Below the pieces are notes generated by a model, which saw only the letters and a program-made list of their open reading frames with translations, was not told where the DNA came from and made no database searches. The translations under genes were made by a program, and so were the position numbers. Below, one piece after another: positions 1 to 7,856 of a stretch of DNA of 14,241 nt. The stretch is from Candidatus Bathyarchaeia archaeon (lineage in GTDB: Archaea; Thermoproteota; Bathyarchaeia; Bathyarchaeales; Bathycorpusculaceae). Where the stretch lies: contig JBMFOB010000025.1 of assembly GCA_049969855.1 (NCBI GenBank), positions 1-14,241 of the forward strand, written 5' to 3'. Position 1 is the first letter of the stretch. The number at the start of each line of letters is the position of its first letter.

Positions 1-100
1 AGCTTGTTTTTTCAACTGTTATTCCATAAAGTTCTGGGTTATCACAAAGCTTTTCTAAAATTTTCCATGCCAAACGGTTAACGCTTAAAGTTCTTCTCAT
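1..100 (-). CDS. mch: Methenyl-H4MPT cyclohydrolase, N-terminal fragment (runs off the window edge)
   Basis: Not in the ORF track; translated by hand. ATG at 100, with AGGAG at 115-111, gives MRRTLSVNRLAWKILEKLCDNPELYGITVEKTS, open to position 1. Matches the Mch N-terminal pattern (SVNxxA..I/LVE.L...), and it directly follows fwdC. Confidence 0.75.
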   Translation of the reverse strand, partial: MRRTLSVNRLAWKILEKLCDNPELYGITVEKTS

Positions 101-115
101 AATGTTTTCTCTCCT

Positions 116-934
116 TTAAAGAAACCTTTCATATTGGCTTAGGTGAGGATTCTTTTCTTTAAAAACATAAAGTTTGCCTTCCCCATTTTCAACAAGGTCT
201 CCAAGGAAAAGGTAGAATGGTCCAGAAACTGTTTCGCCTTCTTCAATTTTGACCTTTTCCTTGACGCTGTCTATGGTGAAAGTTGGAAGAACAGACTCTA
301 AAAATCCGCTGATAACTATTTTTCCGCCTTTCATGCACGCTCCAACCCTTCCCAAAGAATCTTTTTCAACATAAATTGTTCCGTCTCGCATGCGCAAACC
401 CAAAAATTGACCAGCACTTCCATAAATTTTGATTAAACCCTTCCTCATGTAAGCGCCAGCCTCATTTCCAACATTTCCATAAACAACAATTTTGCCGCCA
501 TGCATGCCCTCGCTGCTTCCACGATATGGAGCGCCAAGATATTCGCCAGCATTTCCGTGAATTTCGATGATTCCACCTTTCATCATTGAACCAGCCCAAC
601 CGCCAACATTTCCGTGAACTGTTATTTTTCCGCCTTTCATTTCCTCGCCTAAATGCATGCCAACGTCGCCGTGAACAATTATCTCCCCGTTTTCCATGCC
701 TGCGCCTATTCTCTTGACCTTGCTTACGTTGCCGTTTATTGTTATGGTTTCCTCTGGGTTTTCCATTTTTGTTTCTCCAATTTTGAAGAGTTCTCCAAGC
801 GTTTTTTGCTTGTTTCCTTCCCAAATTTTAAGCTCCTCAACTTCTTTTGATGTCTTGCCACAGAAAATGTCTGGGTTTATGCATTCGGCAACTATTGGAA
901 ACTTAAATTCCTTTTTCGGGGTTAGGCTTATCAT
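116..934 (-). CDS. fwdC: Formylmethanofuran dehydrogenase subunit C
   Basis: 272 aa. N-terminal 'PIVAECINPD', tandem GxxMxxGxIxVxG beta-helix repeats, C-terminal 'LPTF...F.GDL...G.G.L'. Adjacent to fwdA. Confidence 0.95.
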   Translation of the reverse strand: MISLTPKKEFKFPIVAECINPDIFCGKTSKEVEELKIWEGNKQKTLGELFKIGETKMENPEETITINGNVSKVKRIGAGMENGEIIVHGDVGMHLGEEMKGGKITVHGNVGGWAGSMMKGGIIEIHGNAGEYLGAPYRGSSEGMHGGKIVVYGNVGNEAGAYMRKGLIKIYGSAGQFLGLRMRDGTIYVEKDSLGRVGACMKGGKIVISGFLESVLPTFTIDSVKEKVKIEEGETVSGPFYLFLGDLVENGEGKLYVFKEKNPHLSQYERFL

Positions 935-935
935 T

Positions 936-2624
936 TTAAACTTTTGCCTCTACATTTATTGGATGAGAAACTTCAAGATAGTTTTCTGTTACTGGATAGT
1001 TTTCACATTCCACAGTCCAATAATTCCTAAACCTTCGCTGCATATCCTCACTTATCTTAGCAGATTCGGAAACCTTCACATTAAGCCACATGGTGGCACC
1101 ATCCAAATGTTTCACAACTTCCCCATTTTTTACAACAACTTCTCCACTTTTAATAGTATACGCAGCTTTTTTGAAGGCTCTCCTCACGGTTCTAAACTTT
1201 CGTGAAGGGTCTATTGTTTCAGGGTTTACGTTGTATATGGCTATGTCAGCATCCGCCTCCAAGCCCAAATGCCCCTTATTTTTTAAGCCTAAAGCTTTTG
1301 CTTGTCCAGCCCTTGTCATTATTGCAATTTCTTTGAAGCTTAATTCTCGGTTTATTGATGGTAGAAGGCTTTTGCTTCTCGCCCTCGGATTAATCCTTTT
1401 TAAGGTTGCTTCTCTGGCTTTTTTGCTCATGAGCCAAGCTATAATTCTTGGATAAGCCGTAAAAGGCCCGCCGTTTGGATGGTCTGTTGTTAAGAAAATT
1501 TTCCATGAATCTTTTATTAGTAGGGCTAGTTCTAAGCCTATGGACCATTGGATGGCGTGGACATAGCTTTTTCGGCGGTAGTGGAAGGGTACTATTCCAG
1601 CGCTTGTTTCAGTTTCTACATCATGGTTAACCCATTTGTTCCCGCTTAACTCGTAAAGCGTGTACTGGAAAGGCCCGTCAGCAGTCATCGTTGTAGTGTC
1701 CGTAAATATCACTTGTCCCATGTCCAAAGTAACATGCGAATGCGCATTAACGTAATTTGCAATTTCCTCCGCTCCAGACTCAAGAGTTCTCCAGTCGTCG
1801 CCCTTGAAGGTTGAAAATTGACAGTGGGTTATGTGAATTGCCGGCTTATTTTCAGTGGCTAAATCCTCAACACATTTCATAGTTTCCAAAGCTGTAAGGT
1901 AGTTTCCAGGCTTTCCAAGATTGTTTGTGTGAACGTGGATTGTGTGGGGCAAATTGAGAAGTTTATTCACTTTACAAAGTCCACGGATAATCTCACGGGG
2001 GGTTATGCAGAAATATGGAATTTGGTCGTCTAAGCTTTTGACGTTGCCGCCGAACCCCCAAGCTTCTAGGCCGCCTGGATTAACAATTTTTATGGCATAG
2101 CCCTTCGTTGAAGTTATCATCCAAGCCACATGCCTTGCGCAATCCTCAATTTTTCCATCCAAGTATTCAAGCACAAACCACCAGTCGCCCAAAAGTGGAT
2201 AACTAGCCTTATCAACCATTGGCGTGTCACTTAACTCTTCATGCGTATGCTTAGCCTCTAAAGGCGGCATGGAAGGATTCATTATTGTCGTATAACCCAT
2301 CCTCGCATAACGATAACCAGTAGTGAAAGTTGACGGAATTGAATAACCAACCCCAGACCTTGTCACGGATGTTTTGTGTTCAAAATCCCTAAAATGATCT
2401 TCAGGTCTTAATAGTCTGCCACTGTTCACCTCAGAACCAGCAATATGACAGTGAATGTCAACTCCACCGGGCATAACAATCATGCCAGAAGCATCTATTT
2501 TTCTGGCTTTACGCTCGTTAACCTTTTCAACAATTTTCCCATCCTTAACGGCTATGTCCATTTTTTCGCCGTCAACACCATTAACGGGGTCGTAAACAAA
2601 GCCATTCCTTATCAAAAGCTCCAT
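936..2624 (-). CDS. fwdA: Formylmethanofuran dehydrogenase subunit A (amidohydrolase fold)
   Basis: 562 aa. Motifs PGGVDIHCH, GRLLRPEDH, KIVNPGG, HTIHVHTNNLG, HITHCQF and TTDHPNGGPF are typical of FwdA metal ligands. Confidence 0.97.
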   Translation of the reverse strand: MELLIRNGFVYDPVNGVDGEKMDIAVKDGKIVEKVNERKARKIDASGMIVMPGGVDIHCHIAGSEVNSGRLLRPEDHFRDFEHKTSVTRSGVGYSIPSTFTTGYRYARMGYTTIMNPSMPPLEAKHTHEELSDTPMVDKASYPLLGDWWFVLEYLDGKIEDCARHVAWMITSTKGYAIKIVNPGGLEAWGFGGNVKSLDDQIPYFCITPREIIRGLCKVNKLLNLPHTIHVHTNNLGKPGNYLTALETMKCVEDLATENKPAIHITHCQFSTFKGDDWRTLESGAEEIANYVNAHSHVTLDMGQVIFTDTTTMTADGPFQYTLYELSGNKWVNHDVETETSAGIVPFHYRRKSYVHAIQWSIGLELALLIKDSWKIFLTTDHPNGGPFTAYPRIIAWLMSKKAREATLKRINPRARSKSLLPSINRELSFKEIAIMTRAGQAKALGLKNKGHLGLEADADIAIYNVNPETIDPSRKFRTVRRAFKKAAYTIKSGEVVVKNGEVVKHLDGATMWLNVKVSESAKISEDMQRRFRNYWTVECENYPVTENYLEVSHPINVEAKV

Positions 2625-4079
2625 TTAAGCTGCCTCCGCCCTTTCCCTCTTTATTCTCCTAACCTCTGCAAGAATTCTCCTCAAAATCTCCTCATCTGAA
2701 AGCACTCCACGAGGCGAGTCAACCACCTTCTTAAGCGGAAGAGGCACATGGTCCATGCGATAGGCTGTTCCGCTTGCTTCTATGCCTACAAAAGCTGAGG
2801 GCAAAACAACATCAGCCATTTGAGCTGTTGCGTTCATGTGGGGATCTATAACTATGAGTGGATTCTTAACTAAGTGTTCGGCTGCTGCTCTTGGAAAGTT
2901 GGCAACTGGGTCTGAAGCTATTATTAGGGCTGCATCTGATTCTTTGTGCAAAAGAACATCAACCACGGAGGTTTCGCCAGGATTATATTGAGGGTAGCCC
3001 AGTGAAAAGTCCACAGCGTATGGATAGCCAGTCTGCCATGTAAAAACAGTGTTAGCGCCTGTAACGTTAAAGTGACCCCTCATTGGCATTATCACAAATT
3101 TTGTCCGCATGTTCAAGTCTCGAACTAGTGAAAGGGCTGCGTCTATGTTTCTCAATTTGCCGCTGCTCATTGTTAGTCCAAGCCCAAAAAATAATACTCC
3201 AAAATCGCATCTAATCATTAAATCGGCAACTTCTTCCAAATATTCAATTGGAACTCCGGCAACCGTGTCAACGTCAATTTCTTGGTCCCGAATTAAAGCT
3301 CTGAAGGCTTGGAGAAGTTCATAATCTTTGTTGGGTTCAACTTGGATGAAATAGTCGGCAATTTCAGCCGACCTTGTTTTTCTAACGTCAATCACTATTA
3401 GTTTTCTGCCCTCTTTCTGAAGCGTTGAAGGAGGCTCATTTCGAAGGTGCGATGGGAAAGAAGGCTTTTCCTTCAAAAACACTCTTCTTATGGCACTTTC
3501 AATTTTCTTCTTCACATTTGAAGCTTTAATCTTTGTTAAGTAGCCTCTCCATGCACTTTTTTCAAAGCGTCCTTCAGAAAAGGCGGTGTATCTTTCTATG
3601 TGGCGGGGATGAGCACTCCAAGGGTTGCTTCCCCAATAAACAACAAGGTCTGCTCTATGCCTAATCTGCCCGAGAGTGCATGATGGAATACCAACCTCTT
3701 GGATGCTTAAGATGGATGGTCCGTGGCAAACTACTGATGTGTTGTCGATTACGCCTCCAACCTCTTCGGCTAATTCGAGGCCTAAACGTATGGCTTCGCA
3801 GCTTGTTGAACTCCAACCATACATGATTGGGTAGTTGGCTTCTGCCAGGATTTCTGCAGCTTTTCCAATAGCCTCTTTCAGTGAAGCCTTAACAAGTTCT
3901 CCATTCTTTCTTATCAGAGGCTTCAAAAGTCTATGTTCGCCGTTGTAGCCCAAAAATTTCGATTCACACATGGCACAGCCATTCTTAACCTTAACTATCC
4001 TTCCATCCTCGACCGTTAATTCTATGTCATCGCATAGGCTTCCGCAGATTGGGCATGTCACGGCTTTAACGACAGTCAT
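2625..4079 (-). CDS. fwdB: Formylmethanofuran dehydrogenase subunit B (Mo/W-bisPGD, Cys ligand)
   Basis: 484 aa. CPICGSLCDD..C [4Fe-4S] motif, SVVCHGPS (Cys encoded by TGC, not Sec), WGSNPWSAHPRH, PMRGHFNV, GTAYRMD. TAA-ATG abutment with both fwdD and fwdA. Confidence 0.96.
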   Translation of the reverse strand: MTVVKAVTCPICGSLCDDIELTVEDGRIVKVKNGCAMCESKFLGYNGEHRLLKPLIRKNGELVKASLKEAIGKAAEILAEANYPIMYGWSSTSCEAIRLGLELAEEVGGVIDNTSVVCHGPSILSIQEVGIPSCTLGQIRHRADLVVYWGSNPWSAHPRHIERYTAFSEGRFEKSAWRGYLTKIKASNVKKKIESAIRRVFLKEKPSFPSHLRNEPPSTLQKEGRKLIVIDVRKTRSAEIADYFIQVEPNKDYELLQAFRALIRDQEIDVDTVAGVPIEYLEEVADLMIRCDFGVLFFGLGLTMSSGKLRNIDAALSLVRDLNMRTKFVIMPMRGHFNVTGANTVFTWQTGYPYAVDFSLGYPQYNPGETSVVDVLLHKESDAALIIASDPVANFPRAAAEHLVKNPLIVIDPHMNATAQMADVVLPSAFVGIEASGTAYRMDHVPLPLKKVVDSPRGVLSDEEILRRILAEVRRIKRERAEAA

Positions 4080-4490
4080 TTAGGTTCCTTTCCCAAACTC
4101 TTCCCTAAGAATCTCTTTTAGGCTTAAAACTGGTTTATCTGGGGCAGGCTCGACTTCTGCTGGAATTCCCTTAAAGGATGGCATTCCAATGCCATGAGTT
4201 TCAGGATTAACTATGACGTTTGCCCATGGACCATAGGGAATAAAGATTATGCTTGGATGCGGAGCCCTAAGAGATTTTAAGGCTTTAACAACAACTACGC
4301 CATAATCCGTTGAAACCTTAACATTCGTTTTCTCCTTCACTTTAAGCTTCTTCAAGTCTTCAGGGTCCATGTAGCAGACGGAAACGCTTTCCACATATTC
4401 TTTTGAGGCTTTTCCACGTTCTTTTCCTACGCCTTGCTCTATTGTTCTTCCAGTAAGCAATGTCACACGCAGTTTCGGTTTCTTCTCCAT
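4080..4490 (-). CDS. fwdD: Formylmethanofuran dehydrogenase subunit D (molybdopterin dinucleotide-binding)
   Basis: 136 aa with TGRTIEQG, IFIPYGPWAN and GMPSFKG. First gene of the operon. Confidence 0.95.
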   Translation of the reverse strand: MEKKPKLRVTLLTGRTIEQGVGKERGKASKEYVESVSVCYMDPEDLKKLKVKEKTNVKVSTDYGVVVVKALKSLRAPHPSIIFIPYGPWANVIVNPETHGIGMPSFKGIPAEVEPAPDKPVLSLKEILREEFGKGT

Positions 4491-4523
4491 GCTTCAGCCT
4501 CATTTATTATTTGAAAGGTTCTC

Positions 4524-4591
4524 TAACAGTGTTAAAGTTGAAATTACCGAGTTTCCTCTAATTAACTTTTAATTGTTGCGAAAAGTTTTTA
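4524..4591. promoter_or_regulatory. Putative back-to-back archaeal promoters with a palindromic site
   Basis: Plus strand: CGAAAAG then TTTTTA (4586-4591), BRE/TATA-like. Minus strand: AAAAG then TTAATTA (4565-4559). Palindrome TAACA-G-TGTTA at 4524-4534 lies near the expected fwd transcription start. Positional inference only. Confidence 0.35.
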
Positions 4592-4661
4592 GCCTTTACT
4601 CGTTATGTAATTTTCTAATATTCGGTGTAAAAAATGACACAACAAGAAGCCCTCCAGAAAA

Positions 4662-5486
4662 ATTAGAATCTCAGCGAGAGACACAGCTTTAACTGCCCTG
4701 TTTGCAGCTTTGATTGCCATAATCACCAGACTTCCAGGAATTCCAATTTCCTTGGGAATTCAAACGGGACATATTGAATTTTCAGTTCCATTGTATCCTC
4801 TGGCGGGAATTCTTCTTGGGCCATGGATTGGCGCTTTAGCTGTCATTATAGGTAATTTTATTGCATGGATAATTCCAACATCAACTGTCCTAGGTTTGTT
4901 GCTTATTCCAGCAGGAGCTTTTGCAGCGTTATGTGCAGGGTTTTTTACGCGGCGAACAAAGTGGGCAAGTTGGAAAAGTGCTGCAATTTTGCTTGCAGTT
5001 TTAATAGCCCTTTGGTATGCCACTCCAATAGGTTTTGAGGCACCATTTTATCCTTTCTTCCTACACGTTCCAGCCTTGATATTAATCCTAATTTTCAGAC
5101 ACAAAGTTTTCGACTTTGTAAACAGCACTTCTAAAAAATTTGTCACATTAGGTGTTGGAATTGCAAGTTTTGTAGGTGTTATGGCAGACCACATGTGGGG
5201 CAACGTAATGTTCATCATGGCTGTGAATTATGTTGTCAACATGAAAGCTCTAAGGGACGCTCTCAGAAATACAGGCATGTCAATAGGCTTAGGATTTTCA
5301 GCAAGCAACCCCATAGCTGATTGGGTGTATCAAATGATTGCCAACCCAACTTTGGGGGATTTCTTCATGCTTTCGATTCCAATAGCCGCTGTTGAACGCA
5401 TAGCATTCACGCTTATAGCCACAGTCGTAGGCGTAGGCGTCATAATGGCAATCGGAAAAGTTTTCTTTGCACAATCTAAAACTTAG
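4662..5486 (+). CDS. ECF transporter S-component-like integral membrane protein (start uncertain)
   Basis: Multi-TM protein with 'PLAGILLGPWIGALAVIIG' and 'GVMADHMWG...ERIAFT', typical of archaeal S-components. The frame is open from 4638 and encodes the expected helix-1 'RISARDTALTALFAALIAII' upstream of the ORF-track TTG at 4710. The start is ATT 4662, or ATG 4634 with a +1 shift. Confidence 0.7.
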   Translation: MRISARDTALTALFAALIAIITRLPGIPISLGIQTGHIEFSVPLYPLAGILLGPWIGALAVIIGNFIAWIIPTSTVLGLLLIPAGAFAALCAGFFTRRTKWASWKSAAILLAVLIALWYATPIGFEAPFYPFFLHVPALILILIFRHKVFDFVNSTSKKFVTLGVGIASFVGVMADHMWGNVMFIMAVNYVVNMKALRDALRNTGMSIGLGFSASNPIADWVYQMIANPTLGDFFMLSIPIAAVERIAFTLIATVVGVGVIMAIGKVFFAQSKT

Positions 5487-5548
5487 CGAAAAATAGGAAA
5501 AGAGCTTAAAAGCTGATTAAGCCTTCTAAATTTTGAAGATTCTATAGA

Positions 5549-6028
5549 ATGGCGAAAACCATGAGTGAAATTTACCCCTATGTAGTTTTCCTTCCAGCAA
5601 AACAGAAAAATAAGGTGCTATCCGCTATTTTTGGGTCAAAAGCTGCAGTTGACATTTTAAAGTTCTCCATAAATCAGGGAGTTTCAAACAAAATTTACCA
5701 GAAAGAATTGATTGAAAAGCTTTCTTACTCCAACAAAACAATAATTGAACATTTAAAAACACTAACAAAACTTGGAGTTTTAGAAGAAGAAATGGAGAAA
5801 ACAGAAAAACAAAAACGCACAATGTGGGTTAAATCTTATAGGCTTTCAGACATTGGAAAATGGTTTGCTTTACTTCTTGCTGAAGAAAAAGATTTGTCTG
5901 AAAAAGAAAAGGCGGAAATACTGCAAAACATTTTTAGAACCTACATAAAATGGGTTAAGGAGCTTTCAGAAAAACTGCATGTAAACAAGAAAACATTGGA
6001 AGAAATCTTCAAGGAAGAAATGGAATGA
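5549..6028 (+). CDS. Winged helix-turn-helix protein (ArsR-like), putative transcriptional regulator
   Basis: 159 aa. HTH 'YQKELIEKLSYSNKTIIEHLKTLTKLGVL' followed by the wing 'WVKSYRLSDIGKW'. ATGA overlap with mobB. Confidence 0.8.
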   Translation: MAKTMSEIYPYVVFLPAKQKNKVLSAIFGSKAAVDILKFSINQGVSNKIYQKELIEKLSYSNKTIIEHLKTLTKLGVLEEEMEKTEKQKRTMWVKSYRLSDIGKWFALLLAEEKDLSEKEKAEILQNIFRTYIKWVKELSEKLHVNKKTLEEIFKEEME

Positions 6029-6561
6029 AGAAACCAGTAGTATTTGCTGTTGTTGGAAGCAAAAATTCTGGAAAAACAACAACAATAGAAGTTTTAACTA
6101 AAGAATTGACCAAAAGAGGTTACAAAATTGCAGCAATAAAGCATATTCCAGAACCAAACTTCACAATTGACAAAACTGGAAAAGACACTTGGCGATTCGC
6201 CCAATCAGGGGCAAAAACAATTATCAGCGTAGCATCAAACGAAATAGCAATAATAGAAAAGACGGATGCAGAAAATTTTTCACTGAAAGAAATTCTGAAA
6301 AAATGTAAGGGTCATGACATAATTTTTGTTGAAGGGTTTAGAAAACTTGTGGGCAAGGACAAAAGCATATACAAGATTGTTGTTGTAAAATCCATTGGTG
6401 AAGCGTCAGAAGCTGTTAAAAATTTTGAACCTCTGCTGGCTTTCACGGGACCCTATTCAACCGAAGCCACGTATCCAAAAATTCCGTATGTAGATTTGCT
6501 GAAAAATCCTGAGAAAATTGCGGACATTGTGGAAAATGTTGTCAAAGGATTTTTGTTTTAG
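6025..6561 (+). CDS. mobB: Molybdopterin-guanine dinucleotide biosynthesis protein B
   Basis: 178 aa. P-loop VVGSKNSGKTT, IKH, D..GKDTWRF..SGA, VEGFR. Near the Mo/W enzyme operon. Confidence 0.92.
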   Translation: MKKPVVFAVVGSKNSGKTTTIEVLTKELTKRGYKIAAIKHIPEPNFTIDKTGKDTWRFAQSGAKTIISVASNEIAIIEKTDAENFSLKEILKKCKGHDIIFVEGFRKLVGKDKSIYKIVVVKSIGEASEAVKNFEPLLAFTGPYSTEATYPKIPYVDLLKNPEKIADIVENVVKGFLF

Positions 6562-6652
6562 TTGGTTTGTGGAGGTTTGGAGATTTTGTTTAAGGGGGAG
6601 AAAGGAGATATTTTAAAAGAAGAAAGTTTTCTCCAAACCTTTCCACCCAACT
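6560..6652. repeat. Imperfect inverted repeat between convergent mobB and cdvC (terminator or processing hairpin)
   Basis: AGTTGG-ttt-GTGG-AGGTTTGGAGA (6560-6583) pairs with TCTCCAAACCT-tt-CCAC-CCAACT (6630-6652), giving 21 bp in three helices. The loop is pyrimidine-rich on the minus strand. Confidence 0.7.
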
Positions 6653-6679
6653 TTAAACAGTTTCCCACTAATCACCCCT

Positions 6680-7843
6680 TTAAAGAGCCTTGAAGGCTTC
6701 AAACCACCTGTTATAAAGCGCCAACATGTCAAGCGAAACGCTCGGCTTCCTTTCCTCCAATATTTGTCTAAAATCGTCCATTGTTAAGAATCTTGGCTTC
6801 GCTGACTTGTTAGCAGCTTGACCAGATTCAAAGAATTCGCCTATAATTTTCAGCTGGGCTGATTGGCAAACGTCTCTTATGTCGCTTCCAGAGAATCCTT
6901 CAGAAATTCTGGCTAACTCGTGTAGGTCAACGTCTGGAGCAAGTTTCAAATGGCTTGTGTAAAGCTTAAACATCATCAACCGCGTGTGATGGTCTGGAAG
7001 CGGCACCAAAATTCTTTTTTGGAATCTTCTGATGAAAGCCCAGTCCAAATCCCAAGGTTTGTTTGTTGCTCCAATAACGTAAACGTGAAGGTTCTTACCC
7101 TTATCTAGAATGCCGTCGGTTTCCTTCAAAAATTGGTTTCGAACCCGAACCTCTCCGCCAACCTCGTTTGAATGGCGCCCCATAAGCGAATCCAGTTCGT
7201 CAATAAAGACTATGGCTGGTTTTCCTTCCAAAGCGGATTTTCTGGCTGAACCAAAAAGTTTGGCAACATTCTGCTCAGCTTCGCCTAACCATTTAGACAT
7301 TATTGAGGCTGCATCAATAGAAATGAAAGTCGCATCTATTTCCGTGGCAACAGCAGCAGCCAACAAAGTCTTTCCACATCCAGGTGGACCAAACAATAGA
7401 ATGCCTCTCGGCCAGCCTAATGGGAAAAGGTCTGGTCTTTGAACGGGATAAACTATGGCTTCTTTTATTGCCTTTTTGGCATTTTCCAAGCCGATAACTT
7501 CTTCCCATTTCACATTTGGTTTTTCCGTAACTATTAATTCCTCATAGGTTGACTTTCCTTGAGTGGTTTTGGCGCCGCCTTCAACATCCGCAGCTTCCTC
7601 TTGCGGTTGCACGGGCACGGTTGCGCCTTGCAAAGCCTTTATTCTTTCTTGGTAGGCTATGGCTCTTTGTATGTAAACTTTGTTTAGGCTATATTCAGGA
7701 TATAACTGCACAAGTTTTAGGAGGCTTTCAATAGCCTTTTGATACATGGTTATTGCCATGCCTCGTGAACCTTGCTTATCTAAGCGGACGGCTTCTAAAG
7801 CGTAATTGGTTGCGGCTTTCTCAAGTTCTTGAGAAGCACTCAT
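6680..7843 (-). CDS. cdvC: Vps4-like AAA+ ATPase, cell division protein CdvC
   Basis: 387 aa. N-terminal MIT domain (EAVRLDKQG..AITMYQKAIE.L), Walker A GPPGCGKT, pore loop SKWLGE, Walker B IVFIDE, ATNKPW, RRFQKR. Downstream of ESCRT-III genes. Confidence 0.95.
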   Translation of the reverse strand: MSASQELEKAATNYALEAVRLDKQGSRGMAITMYQKAIESLLKLVQLYPEYSLNKVYIQRAIAYQERIKALQGATVPVQPQEEAADVEGGAKTTQGKSTYEELIVTEKPNVKWEEVIGLENAKKAIKEAIVYPVQRPDLFPLGWPRGILLFGPPGCGKTLLAAAVATEIDATFISIDAASIMSKWLGEAEQNVAKLFGSARKSALEGKPAIVFIDELDSLMGRHSNEVGGEVRVRNQFLKETDGILDKGKNLHVYVIGATNKPWDLDWAFIRRFQKRILVPLPDHHTRLMMFKLYTSHLKLAPDVDLHELARISEGFSGSDIRDVCQSAQLKIIGEFFESGQAANKSAKPRFLTMDDFRQILEERKPSVSLDMLALYNRWFEAFKAL

Positions 7844-7856
7844 ATTCAGCTTTCTC

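Noticed and set aside
300-720. Repetitive sequence in fwdC as a DNA repeat or CRISPR array
   Set aside because: The repeats are degenerate protein-level GxxMxxG beta-helix units, not identical nucleotide repeats with spacers.
462-3324. Alternative ORFs in the fwd operon (462-824, 653-850, 696-1205, 1090-1455, 2445-2699, 3109-3324)
   Set aside because: Shadow or antisense frames of well-supported genes, with no motifs or expression signals.
3724-3730. Selenocysteine at the FwdB metal-ligand position
   Set aside because: The codon is TGC (Cys) and there is no in-frame TGA in fwdB.
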